Assembly (NCBI GenBank): GCA_963835065.1
Contig: CAWIEK010000044.1
Span: 448,001-512,000 of the forward strand
Reading direction: 5' to 3'
DNA: 64,000 bases
Source: an uncultured Chthonomonadaceae bacterium
GTDB lineage: Bacteria > Armatimonadota > Chthonomonadetes > Chthonomonadales > Chthonomonadaceae
Shown here: positions 1 through 9,547 of the stretch, one piece after another
Layout: each line of letters starts with the position of its first letter
How positions within the stretch are numbered: the stretch's first letter is position 1
The notes under the pieces: model-generated
The model's database searches: none
What the model was told of the DNA's origin: nothing
What the model saw: the letters and a program-made list of their open reading frames with translations, nothing else
Made by a program: the position numbers and the translations under genes

Positions 1-227
1 CCGGGGAACGCTTGCGGCTGCCGCAATTGGTTGAGATTGCGCCACGCGACAACAAACGCTTCTTGCGCGGCATCCTCGGCAAGCTGAAAATCGCCCAGCA
101 CGGCATACGCGCAGCCAAAGGCAAGGTCCTGAAACTCCCGGACGATCTCACCAAAGGCGCGCTGCTTTTCTTTGTCGGCGCAGCGCGAAGCCGTCGCCCG
201 CGCAATAAGCGTTTCAATCTCGTGCAT
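1..227 (-). CDS. ECF-type sigma-70 factor, N-terminal part (runs off window start)
   Basis: Manual minus-strand translation: MHEIETLIARA...AFGEIVREFQDLAFGCAYAVLGDFQLAEDAAQEAFVVAWRNLNQLRQPQAFP, a sigma region 2 signature. Not listed in the ORF track. Confidence 0.85.
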   Translation of the reverse strand, partial: MHEIETLIARATASRCADKEKQRAFGEIVREFQDLAFGCAYAVLGDFQLAEDAAQEAFVVAWRNLNQLRQPQAFP

Positions 228-490
228 GTCGCGTCCACACTCCAACCGCAGGGCAAAACCGCAGGGTAAAAAGATGGCAAGGTACTCTGCTACTACACAG
301 AGCCGATCAAAGCGGAAAAGGATACCAACATTTTTGGTGATGTCAGAATTTTACTTCATGCGGCTGACAAATGTGGACTGTTCCCCAACTCCGGCATAGA
401 GAAGCGTAAACGAGTATAATAGTAGAGAACCCTGCCGCACAAGTCAATACGGTTGGAAATAGGTTGAGAAAAGGACTGTTGAGGAAACCG

Positions 491-871
491 ATGATTGTTT
501 TGGATGAGATTACGCGCGACGAGCAGGTCGCGATTTTGGAAGTGTTTGACAACCCGCGCCCGGAGCGGGACTACCGCATTGTGCATACCTGCCCGGAATT
601 TACGTCCGTGTGTCCCAAGACGGGACAGCCGGACTTTGCGACGATTACCATTGATTACGTAGCCGACCGTGTTTGTCTGGAACTGAAGTCGCTGAAAATG
701 TACTTTTTTGCTTTCCGGCAACAGGGCATATTTTATGAGGCGGTTATCAACCGGATACTGGACGATCTGGTAGCCGTCTGCCGCCCGCGCCAGATGACCG
801 TGACAGGCGATTTTGCCGTTCGCGGCGGTTTTTCCTCTGTGATTACGGCAGATTACCGACAGCGCGAATAA
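491..871 (+). CDS. queF: NADPH-dependent 7-cyano-7-deazaguanine reductase (preQ1 synthase)
   Basis: [15 protein letters not shown] and [10 protein letters not shown] motifs; ATG at 491 follows GAGGA. Confidence 0.95.
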   Translation: MIVLDEITRDEQVAILEVFDNPRPERDYRIVHTCPEFTSVCPKTGQPDFATITIDYVADRVCLELKSLKMYFFAFRQQGIFYEAVINRILDDLVAVCRPRQMTVTGDFAVRGGFSSVITADYRQRE

Positions 872-1045
872 TTGCCGTATCCAGCGGCTAACTTGCGCCC
901 GTTTACCGGCACACAACGTTTTCTGTTCAGCCCCTGTTGAAATTTCCAACTTGAAATTTCAACAGGGGTTTGGCTTGCCGATGGCGAAACAAGGGGTCAG
1001 GGAAACCATGACAACAAAATTTGAAGAAAAAACAAGGAGAAAGCA

Positions 1046-2071
1046 ATGGCAAAAACATACCGGGTGGGCGTGGCCTGCATGTCGCACGACCATGTGTGGG
1101 GCGAACTGGCGAACTGGAGCGCGCTGAAAAACGTGGAACTGGTGGCGGGCGGGGATGATGAGCCGCACCTGCTGGAAGAACTCAAACAAAAGCATGGCGT
1201 CGCGCGCCTGTACAACACCTTTGAAGAAATGATTGCCAACGAAGAACTCGACATCGTGCAGGCGGCGGGCGGCAACAGCGAGGGCGCGGCCATTGTGGAA
1301 GCGGCGGCGGCAAAGGGTCTGCATGTCATCAGCGAAAAACCGATGGCCGCGACATTGGAGCAGGCAGACCGGATGCTTCAGGCGGCGCAAAAGGCGGGCG
1401 TACTGCTGCTCATCAACTGGCCCAACGCCTGGTCTGCCGCGTGGCAGGAATTGGCGCGGCGCGCGCTTGCCGGCGACATCGGCGAAATTCGCTACACGCG
1501 CTATCGCAGCGCCCACAACGGCCCGGTTGCCATCGGCTGCGCGCCCAGTTTCGTGCGCGACCTGACCACGCCGGAAATCAACGGCGCGGGCGCGTTAATG
1601 GATTACTGCTGTTATGGGGCCAATCTTGCCGCGCTTTTGCTCGGCTCGCCGCAGTCCGTGACGGGAATGAGGGGCGTGTTCGGCAATGAACCCGCGTATG
1701 CCGCTTCGGACGACAACGCGCTCATCATGGCGAAATACGCCCATGCGTTCGGCGTGTGCGAGGCAAGCTGGACGCAAACCGTCGGCTACGCGGGAACCAA
1801 CCCGGTCGTGTACGGCAGCGAAGGTTCGTTGGGCATCCATCACGGCAAAATTCTGGTACAGCGTCCCGGCAAGAATGAGCAGATCGTCACGCCGCCCGAT
1901 ACGGAGTACCCGCGCCGCAGCGCGCCGGAGTACCTGCTCCACTGCCTGGAAAACAATCTGCCGATAGAAGGCTTCTGCTCGCCCGCCGTGAGCCGCATGG
2001 CGCAGGAGATATTGGAGGCCGGACTGCGCGCGTCCGACACGGGCCAAACACAAACCCTGCCACTTAAATAA
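1046..2071 (+). CDS. Gfo/Idh/MocA family oxidoreductase
   Basis: N-terminal Rossmann fold, HVISEKPMA motif, GALMDYCCY; SD AAGGAG. Confidence 0.9.
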   Translation: MAKTYRVGVACMSHDHVWGELANWSALKNVELVAGGDDEPHLLEELKQKHGVARLYNTFEEMIANEELDIVQAAGGNSEGAAIVEAAAAKGLHVISEKPMAATLEQADRMLQAAQKAGVLLLINWPNAWSAAWQELARRALAGDIGEIRYTRYRSAHNGPVAIGCAPSFVRDLTTPEINGAGALMDYCCYGANLAALLLGSPQSVTGMRGVFGNEPAYAASDDNALIMAKYAHAFGVCEASWTQTVGYAGTNPVVYGSEGSLGIHHGKILVQRPGKNEQIVTPPDTEYPRRSAPEYLLHCLENNLPIEGFCSPAVSRMAQEILEAGLRASDTGQTQTLPLK

Positions 2072-2109
2072 AAACGCATTTAGCCGCAAATACACGCAAA
2101 TACACGCGA

Positions 2110-3853
2110 ATGACAAACATAAAACTACCGGAGACTATGACGGGCTGGAACCTGTATGGGGAAGGCTTTGAGCGGTTGGGGCGGGAAGGCAGGCCGGAAA
2201 CGCTGCCGGTTCCCGCGTTTGGGGCGAACGAACTTTTGGCGCGTTCGGATGCCTGCGGGCTGTGCTTTTCCGATACCAAAGTGATCGCGCTTGGCGGCAA
2301 TCATCCGCGCCTTGTAGGGCGTGATTTAGCCGCGCAGCCGGTCACTTTGGGGCATGAAGTGGCGGTTACGATTGTAGGCGTGGGGGAAGCGCTGCAGGGC
2401 AAGTACCTTGTCGGGGAACGGTACGTGGTGCAGCCGGACGTGTTTTATGGGGGCAGGGGTGTAGCGTATGGGTATGCGATTGCGGGCGGATTGTCCGAGT
2501 ACAGCGTGATTCCCGAAGCGATTCTCAACGGTGATGAGGGCTGTTACTTGCTGCCCGTTCGCGCCCAAACCGGCTATGTGGAGGCCGCGCTGACGGAACC
2601 CTGGGCGTGTGTCACCGCCGCCTACAATCAGGCGCACCGGGACGGCATCAAACCCGGCGGGCAGATGCTGATTGTGGGAAGTGAAGACGCGGAGGAACGG
2701 GAGTACGACTGGCGCGATGTGTTTGCCCCCAACCAATTGCCCGCCTCTATCCATTTATGGCGCGCGTCGGGCAAAACTAGAGCATCATTAGAATCATTGA
2801 TAGGACAAACGGCGGAAGCGAGACTTGCGCAAAGTGTTGTTTCGATTACGGATGCAACCGAAGCGGGCAATTTGGCGCAGCAGTTCGCGGATGTTCGCTT
2901 CGACGACATTCTGATTGTGGGTAACGCCGCGCCGGAAATTATCGAACAAGCCGCCACGCTTTTAGCCGATCACGGCATCCTGAATCTGGTTTGTGACCGT
3001 TCGGTTTCGCGTCCTCTTGCGCTGGACATCGGGCGTATCCATTACAACTGGCATCACTACATCGGCACGAACACGAACCGGCCTGCTGAAGTCCTACCGC
3101 GAAACCCGAACGGCGGAACTGGCGGCAGGCGGCGTCTGCTGGTTTGTGGGCGCGGGCGGGCCGATGGGACAAATGCACGTACAACGCGCCCTACAGCATC
3201 CCAACCCGCCCCGCCGCATTGTGGCGACGGATGTAGACGCGGCCCGTTTGCAAAGCGTTCTGGACCGCTTCGGCGCAATGGCGCACAAACGGGACATTGA
3301 ACTGTTTGCGCTGAACCCCGCCATAATGGATGCAACGGCGTTTGACGCAGAACTGCGCCGACTTTCGGACACAGGCAATCGGCAGGGCTTTGACGACATT
3401 GTTTCCCTCGTTCCGTCCGCCGATGTGACCGCACACGCGGCGCAATTTCTTGCCAATGGCGGCTGGCTCAACATTTTTGCGGGCGTGGCGCGGGGAACGA
3501 TGGCAAATATGGATGTAAACCGCCTTGCGCAAAACCGTTGCCGGGTGGTGGGCAGTACGGGTTCGTCGTTGGCGGACATGCGCGAAACCCTGAACCGCGT
3601 GGAGCGGGGCGAACTGGCAACGAACACCTCTCTGGCGGCAATCGGCGGACTGGAAGCGGCTTTGGAAGGCTTGCAGGCCGTGAAAACAGGCCGCTTCGCA
3701 GGCAAAACCCTGATATTCCCGCAAATCCACGACCTGCCCCTGACGCCGCTTGCGGAACTCGAAACCACGCTCCCAACCGTATACGCCAAATTAAAAGACG
3801 GCCAATTCTGGACAAATGAAGCCGAAGCCGAATTGCTGCGTCTAAAGATGTAA
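2110..3853 (+). CDS. Zinc-binding (MDR) dehydrogenase, L-sorbose-1-phosphate reductase-like; apparent +1 frameshift near 3090
   Basis: ACGLCFSD, LGHE and TEPWACV motifs in ORF 2110..3300. The GAGGPMG Rossmann motif is in ORF 2993..3853. Removing one base at GCTGAAGTCC joins the two (RPAESYRETR). Confidence 0.8.
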
Positions 3854-3857
3854 ACAC

Positions 3858-4731
3858 ATGGCAGAGACGACCACAACCGATCTTGAACTATCTGCTGAAC
3901 GCGCTCGACAGCAAGGACGAACAAACGCGCGCCGATGCCATGCGGCAGGCGCGTAGTCTATCGCCGGACGCACTGCTAACCTTGTCTGGTTTGGAAGCGC
4001 AGCATTTCCGTAGTCACCATCGTTCTCAGCGGTATAGGATAGGACTACTGCTAACGATCTTTATGAGTTTGTTCGGCGCTTTCTTCTATCTGATGGGCGC
4101 AAAACTAAATTTTGTCTTCATGGTCATTCTGCTTGCTGTCCCTTATACCTTCCTAATACCGCTCATCGCTAAGTATTTGAACGGAGGCTTATATCCGTCA
4201 CGCGCAAGACGCAGTTTGACCGCCGCTCTGGAAGAAGCAGAGGATGTGTCCTTTGTGCCTGTTGCGCTCACATTGTTACAGACTAAAACGGCGGAAATCA
4301 CGCCTGCTATCCTCAGCCTGTTGAAACGCCTGCTGCCACAGTTACATGCGGGCGATGCGCAAACATGGACGCCGGAGCAGTATCAGGCTTTGCTGAAATT
4401 GCTGTCTGCGCCGCCGAAAGATAAAGAGTTAAAAGATACGGAGTTGGCGTTGAGCGTGTTGAAAGCGCTGGAGCAGATCGGGGATGCGCGGGCGATTCCC
4501 GCAGTGGAGGTGCTTGCTTACTCGTCGCCTCACTCCGTATCCCGGCAAGTGCAGCAGGCGGCGGCGGAGTGTTTGCCGTATTTGCGGCAGCGGGCGGGGG
4601 AACAGCAACAGGCGCAAACCCTGCTTCGCCCCACGCAGCCAAATACAACCGGAGAAAACCTGCTGCGGCCTGCCGCGCAAACCACGCCGCAAACGCCCGA
4701 CGAGCAACTGCTGCGGCCACAACAACATTAA
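3858..4731 (+). CDS. HEAT-repeat-like membrane protein with triple LLRP C-terminal tail; apparent +1 frameshift near 3883
   Basis: Two hydrophobic helices, LKALEQIGDARAIPAVEVL HEAT-like helix pair, tail LLRP-x-LLRP-x-LLRP. ATG 3858 joins frame 3883 if one T is removed. Confidence 0.7.
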
Positions 4732-4736
4732 CGCCC

Positions 4737-5795
4737 ATGCGCAAACCAAAAGCATTGCCAAAATCATTGCTTGAATTGCGGAAACGCCTGAACAGCCGCG
4801 AGGAAGCGGTACGCGAACAAGCCTATCAGGAAGCGCTTGCCCTGCCCGCCGAAACGCTGCTGCTTCTTGCCACATCGGAGGCGAAACGCGCGCACAACGG
4901 CATGAAAATACAGGGTGCAGTCGGTGGCTCTTGCTGCGTCTGGCTGCTGGCGGGTATCGCGACCATTGTGGCCCAATTTGCGCTGCATACCGCATTTACA
5001 GAATGGGACGCGCTGCTGTGTTTGTGGCTGGTTTTGTCCATTGGGACACCGATCAAGGTCGAATCGCGCAGCCGTTTGTACAGCCTGTACAGCCGCATGA
5101 TTCTGGCCCAAACCGATGCTCGGTTTGTCGCCCCGGCCCTGCTGTTCTACCTTAATATGGACTCACGCGCTTATCCCGACTTGTATAAAGACCTGCGCCA
5201 AAGCCTGATGCGCCTGATGCCTTTGCTGACGCCCGCCGAGTTGGAAGCGTGGACACCCGCGCATAAAACGGCCTTGCGACAGCATGCTTATGGAGACGGC
5301 AATGAAATTGGACGCTGGTACGATCTGGAATTGATGTGCTGCGTCCTGCAAACGCTGGCGTGTGTAGGCACTGTAGAAGACATTCCGGCGGCGCGAAGAT
5401 TGGCAAACCTGACGCCGGAGCAAATTCACGCGAATATCGAGCCTTCCGCGCATAACGAGGACCGCAAGGAACTGTTCCAGGCAATTATCGCGTCAACTGT
5501 GGTTGCTCCTCATGAGTGGGGTCAATGGGAAGCGGAATCGCAGGCCGTGAGGCAGGACGCGCGGTACAAGCAATGGTGTTGGGAACGGGCGCAGGAGATA
5601 CACAAGTTGGCAAACCAATGTCTTGCCGCGCTGACGGAACGAACCGGCCAACAGCAGCAATCCGACGCACTCTTACGCGCCTCGCTGGAAACAACCGCCA
5701 ACCAATCCCAAATCCTGCTGCGCCCGCAATACACTACGCAATCGGAAACGCCGCCGGAAGAATTGCTGAGGCCGGGGGTGATAGTTGATAGTTGA
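4737..5795 (+). CDS. Paralogous HEAT-repeat-like membrane protein with LLRA/LLRP/LLRP tail
   Basis: Same layout as the upstream gene: TM pair, LLPLL..WTP.HK.AL, LQTLACVG..DIPA, LLR tail. ATG lies 5 nt after the upstream stop. Confidence 0.7.
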   Translation: MRKPKALPKSLLELRKRLNSREEAVREQAYQEALALPAETLLLLATSEAKRAHNGMKIQGAVGGSCCVWLLAGIATIVAQFALHTAFTEWDALLCLWLVLSIGTPIKVESRSRLYSLYSRMILAQTDARFVAPALLFYLNMDSRAYPDLYKDLRQSLMRLMPLLTPAELEAWTPAHKTALRQHAYGDGNEIGRWYDLELMCCVLQTLACVGTVEDIPAARRLANLTPEQIHANIEPSAHNEDRKELFQAIIASTVVAPHEWGQWEAESQAVRQDARYKQWCWERAQEIHKLANQCLAALTERTGQQQQSDALLRASLETTANQSQILLRPQYTTQSETPPEELLRPGVIVDS

Positions 5796-5811
5796 GGGGC
5801 AGACAATGATC

Positions 5812-5883
5812 GAGTGCTGAATGATGAATGATGAGTGATGAATAACACGATGCAGTTTACTCATCATTCATCATTCAGCACTC
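5812..5883. repeat. Perfect 25-bp inverted repeat built from ATGATGA-type heptamers
   Basis: GAGTGCTGAATGATGAATGATGAGT (5812-5836) pairs with ACTCATCATTCATCATTCAGCACTC (5859-5883), between convergent genes. Confidence 0.9.
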
Positions 5884-5899
5884 ATCACTTCAAGAACCC

Positions 5900-6649
5900 T
5901 CAACCTGTTCTAATATCCCGCAGGTACTTCACGTGGCCGTCGAGGAGCAGGCGATTGCGCCCGCCCGTATGGACGGAAACGCCTTTGAGGTCGGCGGGAA
6001 CGGTGGGAATGGTGCGCGGAAAGTAGGGGTCAACGGCCATTTCCACGTCGGCGGGGCCGTCCGGGATACCGGCTTGCGGGTTGTTCGCCTGCTTCAAATC
6101 CTCAACAGCCTGCGTTTCAGTTTTGCCCCAAAACTCGTCTAAGGGCGTGGGCACGTCGGGACGGTCGAAGCGCCACAGCCAGTAGCGCACAATGGGCGCG
6201 TCGGGCGTAGCGTCGAGCGCCTGCGCCACTTGCGGCGTTTTGCTCATAACGCTGCCCGCCACGCTCGGACAGTTCCAGATAGCCTGATTATGGGTATAGG
6301 GCTGAAGCGTCAGCGCGGCCCATCCACTGCGCGGGTCGGAAGTCGGCCACGTCGTCCAGGGCTTGTACCCGCCCGGAAAAGCCGTTTTCAGGTCGCGGCG
6401 ATCCGGCATCAGTTCGTCATAATCCTGTATGTACATCGCAAACGCGGTTCCAATTTGGCGCAAATTGGACAGACACGCCGCCTGCCGCGCCTTTTCGCGC
6501 GCCTGCGCAAAGACCGGAAACAGAATGGCGGCGAGAATCGCAATTATGGCGATCACGACGAGCAATTCGATTAAGGTGAAGGCGGTATTGAGTGTTGGGT
6601 GTTGGGTGTTAGTATTTTCGATTTTCGATTTTCGATTTTCGAGTGGCAT
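5900..6649 (-). CDS. Prepilin-type N-terminal cleavage/methylation (DUF1559-like, H-X9-DG) protein
   Basis: [46 protein letters not shown]-terminal [15 protein letters not shown]. Confidence 0.92.
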   Translation of the reverse strand: MPLENRKSKIENTNTQHPTLNTAFTLIELLVVIAIIAILAAILFPVFAQAREKARQAACLSNLRQIGTAFAMYIQDYDELMPDRRDLKTAFPGGYKPWTTWPTSDPRSGWAALTLQPYTHNQAIWNCPSVAGSVMSKTPQVAQALDATPDAPIVRYWLWRFDRPDVPTPLDEFWGKTETQAVEDLKQANNPQAGIPDGPADVEMAVDPYFPRTIPTVPADLKGVSVHTGGRNRLLLDGHVKYLRDIRTG

Positions 6650-6955
6650 GGTGTTGCATTTGTCCGGCTTGGCAGCGATATTTTGCTGTTTGTTGGTTCT
6701 ACCGTTGCGGGAAGGGCAGAGTTCCCAATCGTCGGAAAGTATCTAATGGGCGGATTTCAAATTTAGGGCGTTCATCTTATTCGGGGTTGCCGGGGATTTT
6801 CAATACCCGGCCAGTAGTTCACAGCAAGCGTTTGAATTGTCCGCAAGCGCGCAATTTATTGGAACGGTACTGCGTGTTATGGAAAAATGAGAACTTTTCA
6901 CCGTTCATATCTGTTATTAGTATGTCCGCTTCTGAACAAGCGACTTTAACAAGAC

Positions 6956-7016
6956 AGCCGTTCCAGTCCGCGCAGGCGGGCTTCGTTATCACAGCCGAGG
7001 AATTTATTCCCCGGAC
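6956..7016. repeat. REP-like palindromic element; second copy at 12581-12622
   Basis: AGCCGTTCCAGTCCGCGCAGGCGGGCTTCGTTATCACAGCCG matches 12581-12622 with 3 mismatches in 42 nt. Confidence 0.75.
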
Positions 7017-7109
7017 TCTGTCGTTGCACGGACGCCGCTGATGTACTTATGCACTCCGTGTTGTACAGATAGGCGGCATGTTCCGGCAACCATAGGAGAA
7101 CCGCAAACC

Positions 7110-7763
7110 ATGAACACACTATACACGCGCAGAACACTTCTTACCGGGGCGCTGACGGCGATTTTAACGGGCGCGTTAGCCCCGACGCTTTTGGCCGCGC
7201 CCAAACCGCCGGCTTCGGGGATGCCCGCCGGCAAGGAAGTGGCGACGTTTGCCGCCGGATGCTTCTGGAGCATGGAAGCGATTTTCAATCAGCTGAAGGG
7301 CGTGGAAAAAGCCGAATCAGGCTACGCGGGCGGCAAAACGGCCAAGCCCACGTATGAGCAGGTAGAAACCGGCACGACGGGCCACGCCGAAACGCTCAAC
7401 ATCACCTTCGACCCAAAGGTCATCACGTACCGCGATCTGCTGGAAGTGCTGCTGACCGTGCGCGATCCAACCAGCGTGAACCGGCAGGGCAACGACGAGG
7501 GACCGCAGTACCGCTCCATCATCTTCTACCGGACGCCGGCGCAGAAGCAGGCGGCGGAAGAGATGATTGCGCAGTTCACGCAGAAAAAGGTGTGGCCGAA
7601 TCCCATTGTGGTCAAGGTGCAGCCCTTCACCACCTTCTACCGCGCCGAAGATTACCACACCAACTTTTACAACCTGCACCCGGATCAAGGCTACTGCAAA
7701 AACGTAATCGCGCCCGAAATCGCAGAGTTCCGCCAGAAATTCAAATCCAAGCTGAAGAAGTAA
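7110..7763 (+). CDS. msrA: Peptide-methionine (S)-S-oxide reductase with putative Tat signal
   Basis: FAAGCFW, GHAE, GPQYRS and AEDYH motifs; N-terminal TRRTLL followed by a hydrophobic stretch. Confidence 0.95.
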   Translation: MNTLYTRRTLLTGALTAILTGALAPTLLAAPKPPASGMPAGKEVATFAAGCFWSMEAIFNQLKGVEKAESGYAGGKTAKPTYEQVETGTTGHAETLNITFDPKVITYRDLLEVLLTVRDPTSVNRQGNDEGPQYRSIIFYRTPAQKQAAEEMIAQFTQKKVWPNPIVVKVQPFTTFYRAEDYHTNFYNLHPDQGYCKNVIAPEIAEFRQKFKSKLKK

Positions 7764-7794
7764 CCGACAGGGTTGCTTTTCTGCACAGAAGTCA

Positions 7795-7829
7795 GGAGCA
7801 GGCGGCAAGGTACACTTGCCGCCTGCTCC
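7795..7829. terminator. 15-bp GC-rich hairpin between convergent genes (probable terminator)
   Basis: GGAGCAGGCGGCAAG-GTACA-CTTGCCGCCTGCTCC; no strong U-tract. Confidence 0.55.
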
Positions 7830-7837
7830 TATAGTTG

Positions 7838-8170
7838 TTAAGCGGCAACGGTAATACGCCCTTGCTGCCCTGATTCCTGTGGTGGGCTTGCCGTAACTGT
7901 GATTTCCACGTCACAGCCCAACGCCCTCAACATACGTACCAGATGATCGTAAGTGACGGCGGATAATTTGCCGCGCTGCAAGTGACTGATTTTCGCTCGG
8001 TCGGTTCCGACTAGCGCGGCAACCTCCATTTGTGTTAAGCCACGCGACTCAATGCGCCGTAGAATAGCAAGCGCCAGTTTCGCTTTCGCCATTTCTTCGT
8101 CGGCATTGGGCAGTCCTAAGTCGGCAAACACATTGCCCGAACTGCGAATAATTTGATCTGTGTCGCTCAC
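7838..8170 (-). CDS. XRE-family HTH protein (HigA-like antitoxin)
   Basis: SSGNVFADLGLPNA N-terminal motif and LTQMEVAALVGTDRAKIS HTH. Confidence 0.85.
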   Translation of the reverse strand: MSDTDQIIRSSGNVFADLGLPNADEEMAKAKLALAILRRIESRGLTQMEVAALVGTDRAKISHLQRGKLSAVTYDHLVRMLRALGCDVEITVTASPPQESGQQGRITVAA

Positions 8171-8183
8171 GGCTTGACTGTCC

Positions 8184-9308
8184 TCAGTTCAGAATCCGCT
8201 TGACCACATCAATTACGTTACCGGCATCGCCGGTTTCCTGCGCGGCTTGCAGTTTGTCTTTCACCTGATAGATTTTCAGCGCTTTTTTCATGGCGTTGGC
8301 GAACAGTTCTTTGGATAGCGACATGGCTTTGACCGGCTCCATGCGGTACGTGAACTGATCTTCGCCGAACCAGCCCTCATAGCCCGTGTCTATCGCCGCG
8401 TAGCAGAATTCGGCAAGCCGCCAGATGTCGTCCGTGCCCGTCACGCGGTCTTCGTCGTTGCTGTTGTACTTGGCCGCGTTGATGTGGAAGTTGGCAATCG
8501 GAACGCGCATCCGCTTGAGCAGATACAGGCTGTCGGCAGGCTGATTGCCCACCATTTGCTCATGTCCATAGTCAATCACGACGCCCATGACCGTTGCGCC
8601 AACGGTTTCATTGACAGTCTTGGCGACAAGAGCGGCTTTGGCGGTCGTGTTCAAAATCATGTTGCCTTCGCGGGGTTCTTTCTGCTTGGCCTCCGTGCCG
8701 AACTTCAAGCCCAGGCTTTGCGCTTTGCGGGCGATTTCCACGCAGCCGTCAATAAACCAGTCCAACTGCTGCCCGTAGTTCACCTCAAAATGGTAGTCCC
8801 ACCCGTCCGAACCGGGCCACAATTGCGCGCTCGGACAGTTCAGGCGTTTGGCAAGCTCCACGGTTTGCAGGCAGTATTCCAGTCCCATCTGCCGCCGTCC
8901 CGCGTCCGGGTTGGTAATGCCGCCCATGCGGTAATACGCCCGCGTCCAGATGTTGGTGTTCATGTTCGTGGGAACCAGGTTGTAATGGGCCAGCGCGTCC
9001 TGCACTTCGCGGATTTTGGCCTCGTCAATGGTCAGCGTATTGCCGTTTTCGCTCAAAAACATCTCGTTATTGAGTTCCACGCCTTTAATGCCCGCCTGCG
9101 CCACGCGGGAAATCTGCCCCACCGCGCTTTCATCCAGGGGTTCTTCCAGATAGGAGCGGCAAAAGCGGTCGCTGAACCCGCCCGCGCACCAGTGCCCGGC
9201 GGAAAAGTTGATGCCATACGTGTCGAAAAAAGCGTTCACAGCGTCTTCTTCCAAATAGCCGTTAAAAGTCGTGTCCAGTTGTTTCAGATTGTCGTCGGTG
9301 ACGTGCAT
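8184..9308 (-). CDS. Xylose/L-rhamnose isomerase-like TIM-barrel sugar isomerase
   Basis: LWPGSDG, TEAKQKEPR, VIDYGHE and NDED metal-binding motifs. Confidence 0.8.
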   Translation of the reverse strand: MHVTDDNLKQLDTTFNGYLEEDAVNAFFDTYGINFSAGHWCAGGFSDRFCRSYLEEPLDESAVGQISRVAQAGIKGVELNNEMFLSENGNTLTIDEAKIREVQDALAHYNLVPTNMNTNIWTRAYYRMGGITNPDAGRRQMGLEYCLQTVELAKRLNCPSAQLWPGSDGWDYHFEVNYGQQLDWFIDGCVEIARKAQSLGLKFGTEAKQKEPREGNMILNTTAKAALVAKTVNETVGATVMGVVIDYGHEQMVGNQPADSLYLLKRMRVPIANFHINAAKYNSNDEDRVTGTDDIWRLAEFCYAAIDTGYEGWFGEDQFTYRMEPVKAMSLSKELFANAMKKALKIYQVKDKLQAAQETGDAGNVIDVVKRILN

Positions 9309-9423
9309 GAGCGTCCAGTCTCCTTGTAGAAATCCCTTTCAGTAGAAACTAGGGAAATTGCAGATGTGGTTTGACGCTCTTATAATTCGTGATGGGGGCG
9401 GGGGGTTCCTGCTGAAATGTTGT

Positions 9424-9547
9424 TAGTTGATAGTTGATAGTTGATAGTAGCTTCCCGCGTACCAGGGATATCTTCGTGCAAACGTTACGCTCGAAAGACG
9501 AATCTACAGCAGGACACTATCAACTATCAACTATCAACTATCAACTA
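9424..9547. repeat. Paired heptamer arrays TTGATAG(n) ... CTATCAA(n)
   Basis: TAGTTGA x3 at 9424-9447 and CTATCAA x4 at 9517-9546, inverted around a unique spacer. Confidence 0.9.

Noticed and set aside
300..490. preQ1 riboswitch upstream of queF
   Set aside because: I could not find a convincing preQ1 stem-loop with an A-rich tail by eye; an Infernal search would be needed.
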